From Nemertoderma westbladi (taxonomy: Eukaryota; Animalia; Xenacoelomorpha): 42,919 nt of DNA. The DNA lies in NCBI GenBank assembly GCA_032718475.1, contig JAUCBJ010000299.1:1-42919 (forward strand), read 5' to 3'. The notes beneath the pieces were generated by a model. It was not told the origin of the DNA. It searched no databases and saw only the letters and a program-made list of their open reading frames with translations. Made by a program: the position numbers and the translations under genes. Positions 11,240-22,793 of this stretch are shown piece by piece; position 1 is the first letter of the stretch, and the number at the start of each line of letters is the position of its first letter.

Positions 11240-11376
11240 TGGATAACTGTTTATCATGGATAACTGTATATTATTATTATGGATAACTGTCCATTTATTA
11301 TGGATAACTGTTTATTATTATTATGGATAACTGTCCATTTATTATGGATAACTGTTTATTATTATTCTGGATAACC
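11240..11376. repeat. Short tandem repeat TGGATAACTGT-(TTA)n, ~7 copies
   Basis: TGGATAACTGT recurs every ~16-23 bp. Confidence 0.85.
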
Positions 11377-13030
11377 GACTACCGACCCCACAATGACACA
11401 GGATGTGTTCTATCACATAGGCATCCTGCCAAGTTTCAGCTTGCGGGCAAATATTTTTCTATTGGGCGGATCCAAGAAGTGGATGTTGGACGGATCCAAG
11501 AAGTGGATGTCCTTATTTCTCACGCGTGTTTGTTTGTTCGTTTTTTTTGTTTGTTTGTTTGTTTGTACACACAACTTCTTGCACTTAATGTTGATGGAAT
11601 TGGATGAAACTTTGATGATATGTTCATTATCGCACCTAGTTGTGTATGCAAGGTTTTGGTTGCGAGTGACCTGTTGGTTGCCTAGCAACAGTGAAATTAA
11701 TTCTAGAATGACCGATCATAATCGTAGAATTCACTCAATCAAAATTCTATCGACACCCCATATGGAGCACCTATTGAACATGAACATGCTTTATACAAAA
11801 TTTCACTTTATTTCGTTTAGAATTGTAGGAGAAGATACATTTCTAACAAACAGTGTTTTTTTAATATTACAATATTATATACTAATTATACTATTATCTA
11901 TCATACTGGCTAGCCAATCCCGTATATCGTTGCCAAGACAACATCCCTTTAGAGGTTCAATGTGGAGTTAAGTAAGTACAGTATCAGTGTAATTGAGAGA
12001 GCTGTCTGCTCCACATTGACAACTATAGGGTTCTCATTCGTTTACTTATTAGGCTGCCCTGCTTATGCGCGTAATTCATTACAACAAACAATAAAATAAT
12101 AATTGTGTTGTACAGACGGTCCTTTGGCCAATGTTTCGTTTTGCGTTTTTCGTTATTAGGCTTCCCTGCATATAGGCGCGTAATTTAATACAACAATATT
12201 GATAGCAATGGATCCGTCCATATTGCCAGCTCTCGCTTGCTAGCTTGTTTTAATTAATCTTATTTGATTGATTAATTTAGTAGCGAAAGTGGTGTGCTTC
12301 ATTATATATTGTCTGTGAGACTGACAGTCAGACAGACAAACAGACATAAATACAGACAAACAGACAGTCCAGATGTCATCAAACATTAAAACAGATATCA
12401 GAAATGAAATCAGCCACTATACGAAAACCCTCAAATCGTAAATGTTGGTTGGCTGCATGGTAGTTTATTATATTTTAGCTTATTTTTGAAATGTCCCGCG
12501 ATTTACATAAAATAACATTAACATAACATTTCTCCGCATTTTCTTTTTGGTGCAATTTGGAGCCAAATGTATACATTTTTCTCTAGAACGTTTTAATGGA
12601 ATTGGCTGAAATTATCGCAGCAAGTTTGTTGTTCTGAGACACAATTGTGGAACCTGTAAAACATATGTTTAAAACATTTATCGAATGTACAGACTTGTAA
12701 TACAAACTTGAAAATGTGCCAATTTTTGGTTTTTAGTGCAATTAAGTGATGGGTCGGGTACATATGTGTTAATAATAAAATGCATGGGGATAGAGCCTGG
12801 AGTCCTTCTCTCCTTAACGTTTAAAATTGGACGCGACAGAACAACGGAACGACAGATTGAGTTAGTGGTAGCCGTATGCTAAGCTCGCTTACTTTCGTGG
12901 CTCGCCCCACACCTTTGTTGCGTATACCCATTTAATAATTAGTTATTATTGACGCGTTTGTATAACAACAAATATTTTCGTAAGACGACATGCCTCCCGG
13001 AAAGATGCCATTAAGAATTAGATAATTGGG

Positions 13031-13341
13031 TAGATAAAGGGTCTTCTTTCCCGCTAATTTAAATAAAATGGTGATTACTGATGCATTTCTCCCTTAACGA
13101 GCTTCTTCAGAGTAATTTAATTTAAAATAATAACACACAACCGCAACCGGTATCTAGCTACAACTAAACAAGTCTAACTGAGACTTATTTATTATTAGAC
13201 TTATTTAGTTGTAGCTAGATACCGGTTGAGGTTGTGTGTTATTATTTTAAATTTTAAATTACTCTGAAGAAGCTCGTTAAGGGAGAAATGCATCAGTAAT
13301 CACCATTTATTTAAATTAGCGGTAAGAAGACCCTTTATCTA
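13031..13341. repeat. Long inverted repeat (~147-bp arms, 17-bp spacer) with a hammerhead-like motif in each arm; probable Penelope-like element remnant
   Basis: 13031-13177 is a near-perfect reverse complement of 13195-13341. The right arm contains ATTACT-CTGAAGA-...-GAAA-TGCA-TC-AGTAAT. Confidence 0.8.
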
Positions 13342-13754
13342 TACTATAATAACAAATAAAGTATCTTCCTTGTAAATTCGAAGTAACTGAAATGATACAT
13401 TTTCCAGAGATACCGAGAAACAACCGATTTATTAGATTGAAATCCGATTGTATCTTTTTCATCCTTTTATCAGATAACATTTTACACATTAAGAAAGTAA
13501 AGGGCTATTGTACAACTCTGACATAAGTTAATTATTAATATTACACATTCCAATATAATAATGCAAAATAAAGAAAACCCCCACGTAAGCATGGATAGTT
13601 AGGTTATTGTTATTGGTCTTCGTTGCCAGTGAATGGAGCCTTAGATATGATAGGCCGTAGATTGTTGGTGCCGTTATTAGTCGCACAAACAACGGGCACT
13701 CACTGCATGCCTGCCCTGCCTACACAAGCACGCAGATAGCAGAGGCCATTAGTT

Positions 13755-14015
13755 GGGCCTATCAAAGCCATTTACAGTACCGAGCCAGCTATATCCAACC
13801 ATTCATAGACCAATTGCTTAACAAACCCATTAGTACGGAAGAGCCGGCAACTTCAAAGTTTAACCGCCACGTCAATCACTCTAGTAAGCTGACACAGGCC
13901 TGTCAATACAATACCTCCCTTGAGCTCGTCGGTGGACATCAAAGTTTTATTCAGACAAAGCCGGCTGGCGAGCCCCTGTGGGGCTGTCCGTTAACGGCAA
14001 ACATCAAAGTAGACC
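13755..14015. promoter_or_regulatory. Candidate Wnt-responsive enhancer: four TCF/LEF core sites
   Basis: ATCAAAG at 13761, TTCAAAG at 13852, ATCAAAG at 13938 and ATCAAAG at 14003 (= CTTTGWW), all in one orientation, with nearby GCCGG/ACCGCC helper-like GC motifs. Confidence 0.45.
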
Positions 14016-14827
14016 TGGCCTTGTTCGGATAGCGGGAGGCCGTTGTAGGCTAGTATGTTATTCAATAGACTGACAGTTGTGTGGGCCAAATGGTGGGAGT
14101 TGTATTTCGGGCTGGTTTCATAGATATTCAGTCTATTACCAAGTTATCTGTCTCTCATAAGAACTTGTCCCAAACAAGACAACTATATACTAATAATTCC
14201 TGTCAAATTTTAGGTTGTTTTCCATTTAGTTATTATTATATGGGTTGAACTGTCAAGTTTGGCTCTGCCGTTCCCATTACATGCTTGGTATATTATTTAC
14301 TGGGGTATAAAAGGGAAAAAGAATAGTATTTATTACCCTAGTGCGAATATTTACACGAAGGAGCCAAAAATGAAAAGTGAAAGCGAGATAGATCGTATTG
14401 ATGGGGTGCAGTCGCTTACCCAATATGCCCCATCCCCAATAAAGTAACTTTCCCAATAACAATTTTAAATAAAACTAAAAATTAGTCATCTTTCCAACAG
14501 GACATACTTTAAGAAATTTAGTGGGCCAATTTGAAAAATCTTAGTGGTGGGCCTTTTCTAAGAAAGTGGTGGGCCATATGGCCCACCAGTTGAATACATA
14601 AAAAAAAACATGCCCTGCTGACACAATAAGTAATTTCACCAATAGGTATACTTACTATTATACAGTTAACAGAATTGATGCAAAGATATAATCTATACAT
14701 TACGCAGTATAACGTTGTGATTTATGATTTTTTGACGATTATTAAGTAGCCTTTTGAATAAGTACCGATTTGGTTGAAATATTGAATATATTAACTCGTC
14801 ACCTCCATGCGAAATTTAAATATTCTA

Positions 14828-15447
14828 TTTGGGTGCATTGAGTTATGTTTGGGTGCATAGAGTTATGTTTGGGTGCATTGAGGTATGTTTGGGTGCATTG
14901 GGTTATGTTTGGGTGCATTGAGTTGTGTTTGGGTGCAGTGTGATATGTTTGGGTGCATTGAGTTATGTTTGGGTGCATTGAGTTATGTCTGGGTGCATTA
15001 AGTTATGTTTGGGTGCATTGAGATATGTTTGGGTGCATTGAGTTATGTTTGGGTGCATTGAGGGATGTTTGGGTGCATTGAGTTATGTTTGTGTGCATTG
15101 AGTTATGTTTGGGTGCATTGAGTTATGTTTGGGTCCATTGTGTTATGTTTGGGTGCATTGGGTTATGTTTGGGTGCATTGAGTTGTGTTTGGGTGCAGTG
15201 TGATATGTTTGGGTGCATTGAGTTATGTTTGGGTGCATTGGGTTATGTTTGGGTGCATCGGGTAATGTTTGGGTGCATTGAGTTATGTCTGGGTGCATTA
15301 AGTTATGTTTGGGTGCATTGAGTTATGTTTGGGTGCATTGGGTTATGTTTGGGTGCATCGGGTAATGTTTGGGTGCATTGAGTTATGTCTGGGTGCATTA
15401 AGTTATGTTTGGGTGCATTGAGTTATGTTTGGGTGCATTGGGTTATG
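14828..15447. repeat. 20-bp minisatellite (GAGTTATGTTTGGGTGCATT), ~31 copies
   Basis: Direct 20-bp periodicity. Confidence 0.97.
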
Positions 15448-15679
15448 TAAATAATGTCAAAATTATATTTAAAGAAAAAGAACATCGTGCGGGTAATGTG
15501 GGGGAGGGTTTAGAAAGACATACAGAAAGGCAGACGCCCATAAAGAGAGATATATACCGTAAATGGTTGAACGATGCTTTCCGAGGCGTCATGGTTACAA
15601 TCGTGAATGATAAGTGCGTGAGTAAGGATCTATGCCTCGATACCAAAAAATATGAATATTAAATTTAATTATTATTACC

Positions 15680-15847
15680 AATACGCATTTCGGGCGTCAA
15701 ACCCGTCTTCAGGGCTATTTAAAAACAAACAGAACAAATTTAAATAAAATATTTAAAATGATTTAGGACAATATGTAAAAAATTTTTTTTTTTTAAATTT
15801 TTACATATATTGTCGTAAATCATTTTAATTATTTTATTTAAATTTGT
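15680..15847 (-). repeat. Truncated palindromic element with a hammerhead-like motif (minus strand, ~15682-15720) next to a ~52-bp-arm inverted repeat
   Basis: Minus strand reads CTGAAGA-C-GGGT-TTGAC-GCCC-GAAA-TGCG-TA. Arms 15734-15785 and 15796-15847 are near reverse complements. Confidence 0.55.
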
Positions 15848-16767
15848 AGAATTTCTAGAATTCTAGAGCAGATTATCTGATGTGATAGTATTTTTTATTT
15901 TTTTAGGAGTATTGTGTTGACTATGACTACTCCTAAACAACCTGCAGTTTAGCATATTGTCTTTTTATTGTCTTTTTCATCCAGGACTGGTCCGCGGTTG
16001 TGGAATGTTTTATGCTAGTTATTTTGTTGACCAAAAATGTTCAAGACGAGTGCAACGAGGGTTGTAATGAAGCCGAGTCTGTGTTGACTATACTTCGATA
16101 ACGAGTATTGTTTTGAGAATACTGGTCGGTATTGGAAGATATTGGTCGTTGTGTCATTTTTTACAATGCTGATGATGGAATGTTGCAAGGTTCTAAGGTA
16201 TATTATACTTGGTTACCAGGTTGTACAGGACGAACGCAACCAATTTTGCAGTTATCCACGAGTATCCATCTGCCTTAAATCAGAGTTACTCGCACAGTTT
16301 CGAGACTATGCTTAGTTATAAAGGTCGCCAGTCTGTGTTTAAGATAAGAAAACAATTTTGGGACAAAACAGGACGAGCGCAACGAGGTCAATGAAGGAGA
16401 TGAGTATTGGAAAACTAAAAATGTCATACTTAACTTAAATAGCCCTTAGTAGGTTTACAAATGACAGTTAAAGCGTAAAAGGGCAAACAACGTGTTTGGA
16501 ATTGTATCTGGAAACCAATAATAATAATATTCCTTCCTGGTGTAGGACCTGCTGATCCTAATTTACATAACACTTTACAGTAACAGCTATTATCTATTAT
16601 TACTTAGCGTGAATGTCTATTACAATGTAGCAATAATCATAGGGCAATTACATTGAATTTATTATGATGCCGAACGAGCGCAGGGAGTTATAGGTCAACA
16701 TAAAAAAACAAGTATTTTCGTATCAAAATAAGTTAATAATCAGTTTTTATCAAGAATCTGGTAACTA

Positions 16768-17005
16768 CAGTAGAGAAAGGGGATGGGGGGGGGGGGGGGG
16801 GTCTTGACGCAAAACATTCTCAATTTAGGGAAAGGAGCAGGTTAAAGTGCAACGATATTTTAACCAAAACAGTAAACTAAACACAATAGAACAGGTTACA
16901 GTTTTATTTTCGAGAGTAATCAGCTGTTATTTGCGTCCAATTTCCCCCCGAATTTTTATTGCGTCCAGATTCCCCCCCCCCCCCCCCCCCCCCCCTATCT
17001 GAACT
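16768..17005 (+). mobile_element. Dispersed MITE-like repeat with poly-G/poly-C ends (family A, copy 1)
   Basis: Internal GACGCAA...TTGCGTC inverted motifs. Body is a reverse-complement match to 29800-30088 and related to 24545-24718 and 40106-40325. Confidence 0.7.
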
Positions 17006-18154
17006 ATTAATATTTATCCTTTTTTTTTTTTTACAAATATTTGCTCACGCCACGCAATTTATTATTGTTGCGCTTTCTGGGAAAAATAGCGGCCGTCACA
17101 AAATTTGTTATAAAATGACTTGTAATGCAAATTTGCGTTCGCGGTATGGAAAACAAATTAGCAAAATAATATGAAAGCGGTCGAGAATTGATTTTATTTC
17201 CGTGAGTTGAGAAGTAAAATGCTAAATTAATTTGACATGGGAACTTGGAGCAGATAATTATGGCGAGTTGTGTAAAATCGTTGTTTTTTACGGTCTACTT
17301 ACTTTATGAGACAGTGCCAGATAACATACGTCTGAGTTAATCAACCACGAACCCAACCATATATATATTACCCACATTTCGTATGCTACTTTTTTCTATG
17401 CTACTGATGTATACAAGTTAAATCTCAGGTCTGTGACACGGCGGAGGTTTGTCGGTAAACATCAAAGTAGAAATAATTACACCACGGTTCTTTTAGAGGT
17501 GTATAAAAGCGCCTTTTTAGTGCGGAAAGTCCCCAGGTTGTGGGCTGGGCAGCTACAGTCTATTGTGTGAAGAGTATACCTATACTGCTAAGGGCCGACT
17601 GTAGTGTACGTACATGCCGGGGTTGAATGGTGAATAGGCGTGTTTTGTGCCTATACAGTACCTCCCCCATTATCCATCAAGCTGTCAATATTCCTTACTG
17701 AGGGCCCCATTCCGGAAAACCAGTCGGCAATCTTCAAAGTCGAAGCAATGTCGGTCAATGGGGTAAAAACAACTTGGGTCTAGCTTTGAAGTCACCGCGC
17801 GAGCAGTGGGAGCCTTTCTGTTAGGTAAAGGGTGCAGTGGAGCGGAAGATTTCTTCCCCGTCCCATTTAGGCATTGTGTGTTGGGCTGGGCGGGTTGGCC
17901 CAATTGGTTGACTGGGTGTAGGGCCCCCACTAATGATGTGGCCCACTGGATTAGGTCTATTGTCCCGTTTCTTGCAGGGGGTCCGGTAAGGTACTTTGCC
18001 AACCCATTTGTATACCGGGAATAGTAATTGGTGCTATTTACGAGAGGTTTGGATGAATGGATAGGGAATATACCGGTATACTGTAGATAGCTAGCAGCAA
18101 CATTATTATGGCGGGCAGAGAATTCACTGGTCAATTTAAAATTTATGAGACACG

Positions 18155-18388
18155 GGAAAGAATACCATGCAGTTTTTCACTTTTAGGTCGATTTTTTATT
18201 GCAATTTTACATATGAAGAATTTGTATATATTTGTAAATTTCTCCAAAGTGTGTTAAAGCGCTCATTTCTTTCGTGGGGTGTAACCTGTACAGATACTAA
18301 TACGTTTATTGTTTTGGTTATATTCAGCCTTTTTGTAACTTAGGTTTTTAGTGAAAACCTGGTATATATTCTTCACATGGGGTTAAGT
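18155..18388 (-). mobile_element. MITE family B, diverged copy (inverse of 37203-37424)
   Basis: Shares GTTTATTGTTTTGGTTA.ATTCAGCC and GTGAAAACCTGGTA..TTCTTCACATGGG with the 37.2-kb copy. Confidence 0.7.
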
Positions 18389-18626
18389 GCAAAGTGAAAT
18401 ATAACGGCAGAAAGTCTGGTATATATACATCATATGGGCCCGGAAAAGAAAAAGTTTGTATGCATTTCTTAGTACTAATAATGGCTTTTTTGGATTGAAT
18501 TCAGTGAATTTAATAAATTAATGTTTTAGTTTATATTAATTTCAATAAGTTAATAGCCGTTCCGCTTACAAAATTCCGCGTTACAAAGTTTGCCTGTCAA
18601 AATCTGTACAAGCATGTACAAAATCT

Positions 18627-20168
18627 GTGACTGTCAGTGGTTGGCCCACTGAATCTGAGTCTCTGTGACTGTGGTTGGCCCACTGAATCTGAGTCTCTGT
18701 GACTGTGGTTGGCCTACTGAATCTGCGTCTATGTGACTGTGGTCGTCCTACTGAATCTGAGTCTCTGTGACTGTGGTTGGCCCACTGAATCTGCGTCTCT
18801 GTGACTGTTGTTGTCCTACTGAATCTGAGTCTCTGCGACTGTGGTTGTCCTACTGAATCTGCGTCTCTGTGACTGTGGTTGGCCCACTGAATCTGAGTCT
18901 CTGTGTAGGTGGTTGTCCTACTGAATCTGAGTCTCTGTGACTATGGTTGGCATACTGAATCTGAGTCTTTGTGACTGTGGTTGGCCAACTGAATCTGAGT
19001 CTCTGTGACTATGGTTGGCCTACTGAATCTGAGTCTTTGTGACTGTGGTTGGCCTTCTGAATCTGAGTCTCTGTGACTGTGCGGTTGTCCTACTGAATCT
19101 GAGTCTGTGACTGTGGTTGTCCTACTGAATCTGCGTCTATGTGTCTGTGGTTGGCCTTCTGAATCTGAGTCTATGTGAATGTGGTTGGCCTACTGAATCT
19201 GAGTCTTTGTGACTGTGGTTGGCCTACTGAATCTGAGTCTTTGTGACTGTGGTTGGCCAACTGAATCTGAGTCTTTGTGACTGTGGTTGGCCAACTGAAT
19301 CTGAGTCTCTGTGACTATGGTTGGCCTACTGAATCTGAGTCTTTGTGACTGTGGTTGGCCTTCTGAATCTGAGTCTCTGTGACTGTGCGGTTGTCCTACT
19401 GAATCTGAGTCTGTGACTGTGGTTGGCCTAGTGAATCTGAGTCTTTGTGACTGTTGTTGGCCTACTGAATCTGAGTCTCTGTGACTATGGTTGGCCTACT
19501 GAATCTGAGTCTTTGTGACTATGGTTGTCCTACTGAATCTGCGTCTATGTGTCTGTGGTTGGCCTTCTGAATCTGAGTCTATGTGAATGTGGTTGGCCTA
19601 CTGAATCTGAGTCTTTGTGACTATGGTTGTCCTACTGAATCTGCGTCTATGTGTCTGTGGTTGGCCTTCTGAATCTGAGTCTATGTGAATGTGGTTGGCC
19701 AACTGAATCTGAGTCTCTGTGACTGTGGTTGGCCTATAGTGAATCTGAGTCTCTGTGACTGTGGTTGGTGGTTGGCCCACTGAATCTGAGTCTCTGTGAC
19801 TGTGGTTGGCCTACTGAATCTGCGTCTATGTGACTGTGGTCGTCCTACTGAATCTGAGTCTATGTGAATGTGGTTGGCCTACTGAATCTGAGTCTTTGTG
19901 ACTGTGGTTGGCCTTCTGAATCTGAGTCTCTGTGACTGTGGTTGGCCTACTGAATCTGAGTCTCTGTGACTGTGGTTGGCCCACTGAATCTGAGTCTCTG
20001 TGACTTTGGTTGGCCTACTGAATCTGCGTCTATGTGACTGTGGTTGGCCAACTGAATCTGCGTCTCTGTGACTGTGGTTGGCCTATACTGAATCTGAATC
20101 TGAGTCTCTGTGACTGTGATTATCGTACTGAATCTGCATCTATGTGTCTGAGTCTATGTGGTTGGCCT
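18627..20168. repeat. 34-bp minisatellite (CTGTGACTGTGGTTGGCCTACTGAATCTGAGTCT), ~45 copies
   Basis: Direct 34-bp periodicity, e.g. units starting at 18663 and 18697. Confidence 0.97.
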
Positions 20169-21644
20169 ATAAATTATTTTATTTTATATTTACAATAAGA
20201 TGCCGGCGATATTATAATATGCAATGGAGGTAAGTTGAAGAAAGCCTATGCAAAACAACTGACTCGACTACTACTGTATACAGTCTGTATAGGAAGGAAG
20301 TTCAAGGAAGACCTTTAATTCACCTCATTTATGGATTCTTGTCAGAAGTTGCAGAAGTCGCACTAAAACATTAAAAAAAAATGATTATATTTTATAATAA
20401 CATCAAGCTTTGCTGGTCCCAGTAGTGGTTTGTTATACCCGGATTGAAAGATAGCTTATCATAGTATGTAATGTTAATGTTGAGTAGTGTGCAAGTAAAA
20501 GCAGCACAAGGGGAAGTATATGGAACACTCAAAGGTCATTAGCGACAAGAATTTAGTTTTATTACAGATATAACATTAATGATGAACGCAAATGTAGATG
20601 AAAATAATAAACGAATGACAAATATTATAAAAACGAAGTTTCAGAGAATTTTGAAAAAATACGGCTTTTACAAGTGGAAAAATAAAAATAAAAATAGAAA
20701 ATAAAATCGTTTTTGTAACGATCATTTCAGCTATTTCTATGTGAAGTTCTGATAGTTTTATAGATGGGGCACCGTGAAGCCCGCACCTTAACAATTCCCA
20801 GAGCGGTGCAAAATAACAAATCATGAATAAAAAAGGGCCAAGCCAGTGCATAAAAAAAGTGCAGAGTGCAGTGTTTATGGTTATAGGCCGCTATAAGTTT
20901 ATATAGTTAAGTGAATGTTTGGTAAGTCGAGTATATGTGTTTAATAGCTCTCAATATAACTGGAGGCTGGAGGCAGATCTCAGAGGAGAAACTAACATTA
21001 ATATGACACATAGCTAGCTCTATATTGTGTTAATCTTATCCATTTACATTAATTCAGAAATACCACCCCAGCAATGCCACTCTTTCATTATTGCGTGTCT
21101 CTAATAAAAAGCAACCAACTGGTAAATATGTTTTATAACTGTTCTTTGAAATAGACCGCCTATAAGAATTATTATCCCTTCAAGTGAAAAATTTATCCAA
21201 AATATTTCTACCTTCGCAACATATAACTCTATTCGGCGAAATACAATTGAAGTATTAGAATTATAATAATTAATTACAATGTATGTTTTGGCTGAGTAAC
21301 TAAAATGTATACCCCCAGTCAAAGAAGTATGTCTTTGAATAAATGCCGTCCCTCCATAGAACCAATGCAAAATCTAGCTAGACAAGTTGACAACCGGGCA
21401 ATAAATTACAATTCAATAAAAATAAAGAAAAAGGGTAACATATATGCTATGCAATGTATTCATTTAATAATGTTAATATACCCAAACTAAGGCTGTAGGG
21501 ATTATTGCAGAAGGATTATTAAAGCAACCCAAATCACTTGTAATATGTTTAGGTTAAAGTATCTTGGCTGGTAGTTCAGAGCCATAACCATAACAGCCAC
21601 AAACCCAACCTAATAAACTATTCAAATTCACTGGAACCAATTAG

Positions 21645-21745
21645 AAAGGACCGGCGACTTCAAAGTTGAAACTGCACATTAGGCTACATTGATTGACAGT
21701 TGTCACGGTTGCTTGATTGATCGTTGGGCCGTTTGATGGTGCCGC
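21645..21745 (+). promoter_or_regulatory. Proximal regulatory motif cluster upstream of the NET gene (TCF site with GC helper-like motif, PBX-MEIS decamer)
   Basis: CCGGCGACTTCAAAG at ~21651-21665, TGATTGACAG at 21690-21699 and TGATTGAT at ~21714, about 500 bp upstream of the ATG. Confidence 0.45.
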
Positions 21746-22201
21746 TGCCAGGGTAAACTTATTGACATCGGGTGTGACCAATGGGAGGCCTGCTTTCCGG
21801 CAATCTCACTCCGCTGACGAATGGTGTGCCTTTGGTTGGTTAGTTACGGGGTTGCCATTGGCTGGACGTCTCCTGGGTACTCAGGGGAGGGCGGGATTAT
21901 TACCCCATATAGATATGGAATTCGCATCCCTAACCATTATTTCCACTCACAACCAGATGCTGTCTTCTTCTTAGTCTTAATTAATTCTTTAATCGATTTC
22001 CAACTTAAATTACGTTAAGTTTTACCGTCTTACAATTTTGTGGACTTTCACTTATATTTTTTGTGATACCAACGTTACAACCAACTGTTATTGTCTGACA
22101 CACTCTTAGGAAATACGTCGACATTGTTTATATTGAAGTCTTCGAAAGTATTCTCAGTCACACTTTCTCCCTAATTTTCTCGACCTATTTTGGTATCAGT
22201 C

Positions 22202-22267
22202 ATGGCTACCACAGTTTCACGAGCTCTTCATTCGGAATACCTTCAACCTCCTCCACCTACTTCAATG
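22202..22267 (+). CDS. NET-family zinc finger gene, coding exon 1 (MATTVSRALHSEYLQPPPPTSM)
   Basis: ATG at 22202. LHSEYLQP matches the NET N-terminal LHPEYLQPL motif. Canonical donor GTGAGT at 22268, phase 0, in frame with exon 2. Too short to appear in the ORF track. Confidence 0.85.
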
Positions 22268-22793
22268 GTGAGTAGCCTATTTTTTATTATTATTAATCCG
22301 GTCTGACTGTCGGAAATATTAGTTTTATTTTTGTTCATATGTACCGTACAGATGTATCAGTGTATGTTGCTTCCTGATTTAGGCCTACTGATTTTATGCC
22401 CTTGTCTATGTCGTATTCGTATATATACTTTGAACTTTAATAATAATAATAAAATAAAATAATAATATAAAGCTGTAAAGTCTTTCTCCCGTATTTGGTT
22501 CTACCACGCCCAAGGCCTAATTCTCTGATTCTAAGAGATACGGCAACACAATGTGTATGACTGTATGTCAGTATGTATGATTATGGCTGACCTGATATGC
22601 GATTTCCAATTTATTTATTTCTTCTGGAACTTCAAAGTGCAGTCTGCAGTGAAGCAGAACATGTTTGTTCTAGGCCTATTGAATGGATGTATCGGTCGGT
22701 AGGGCTATAGGCTACAATATACTGCTGTTTTTGTCAGATCAATACACAGATACAGTAGTATAATATAATCGAATTATTATTTTATTTTTACAG

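Noticed and set aside
11393-11971. 192-aa ORF
   Set aside because: Runs through a local duplication and a (GTTT)n microsatellite; no domain or coding-like composition.
16165-16200. CTGATGA hammerhead core
   Set aside because: No following stem II-GAAA or flanking helices. Similar isolated cores near 21814 and 33866 were also dismissed.
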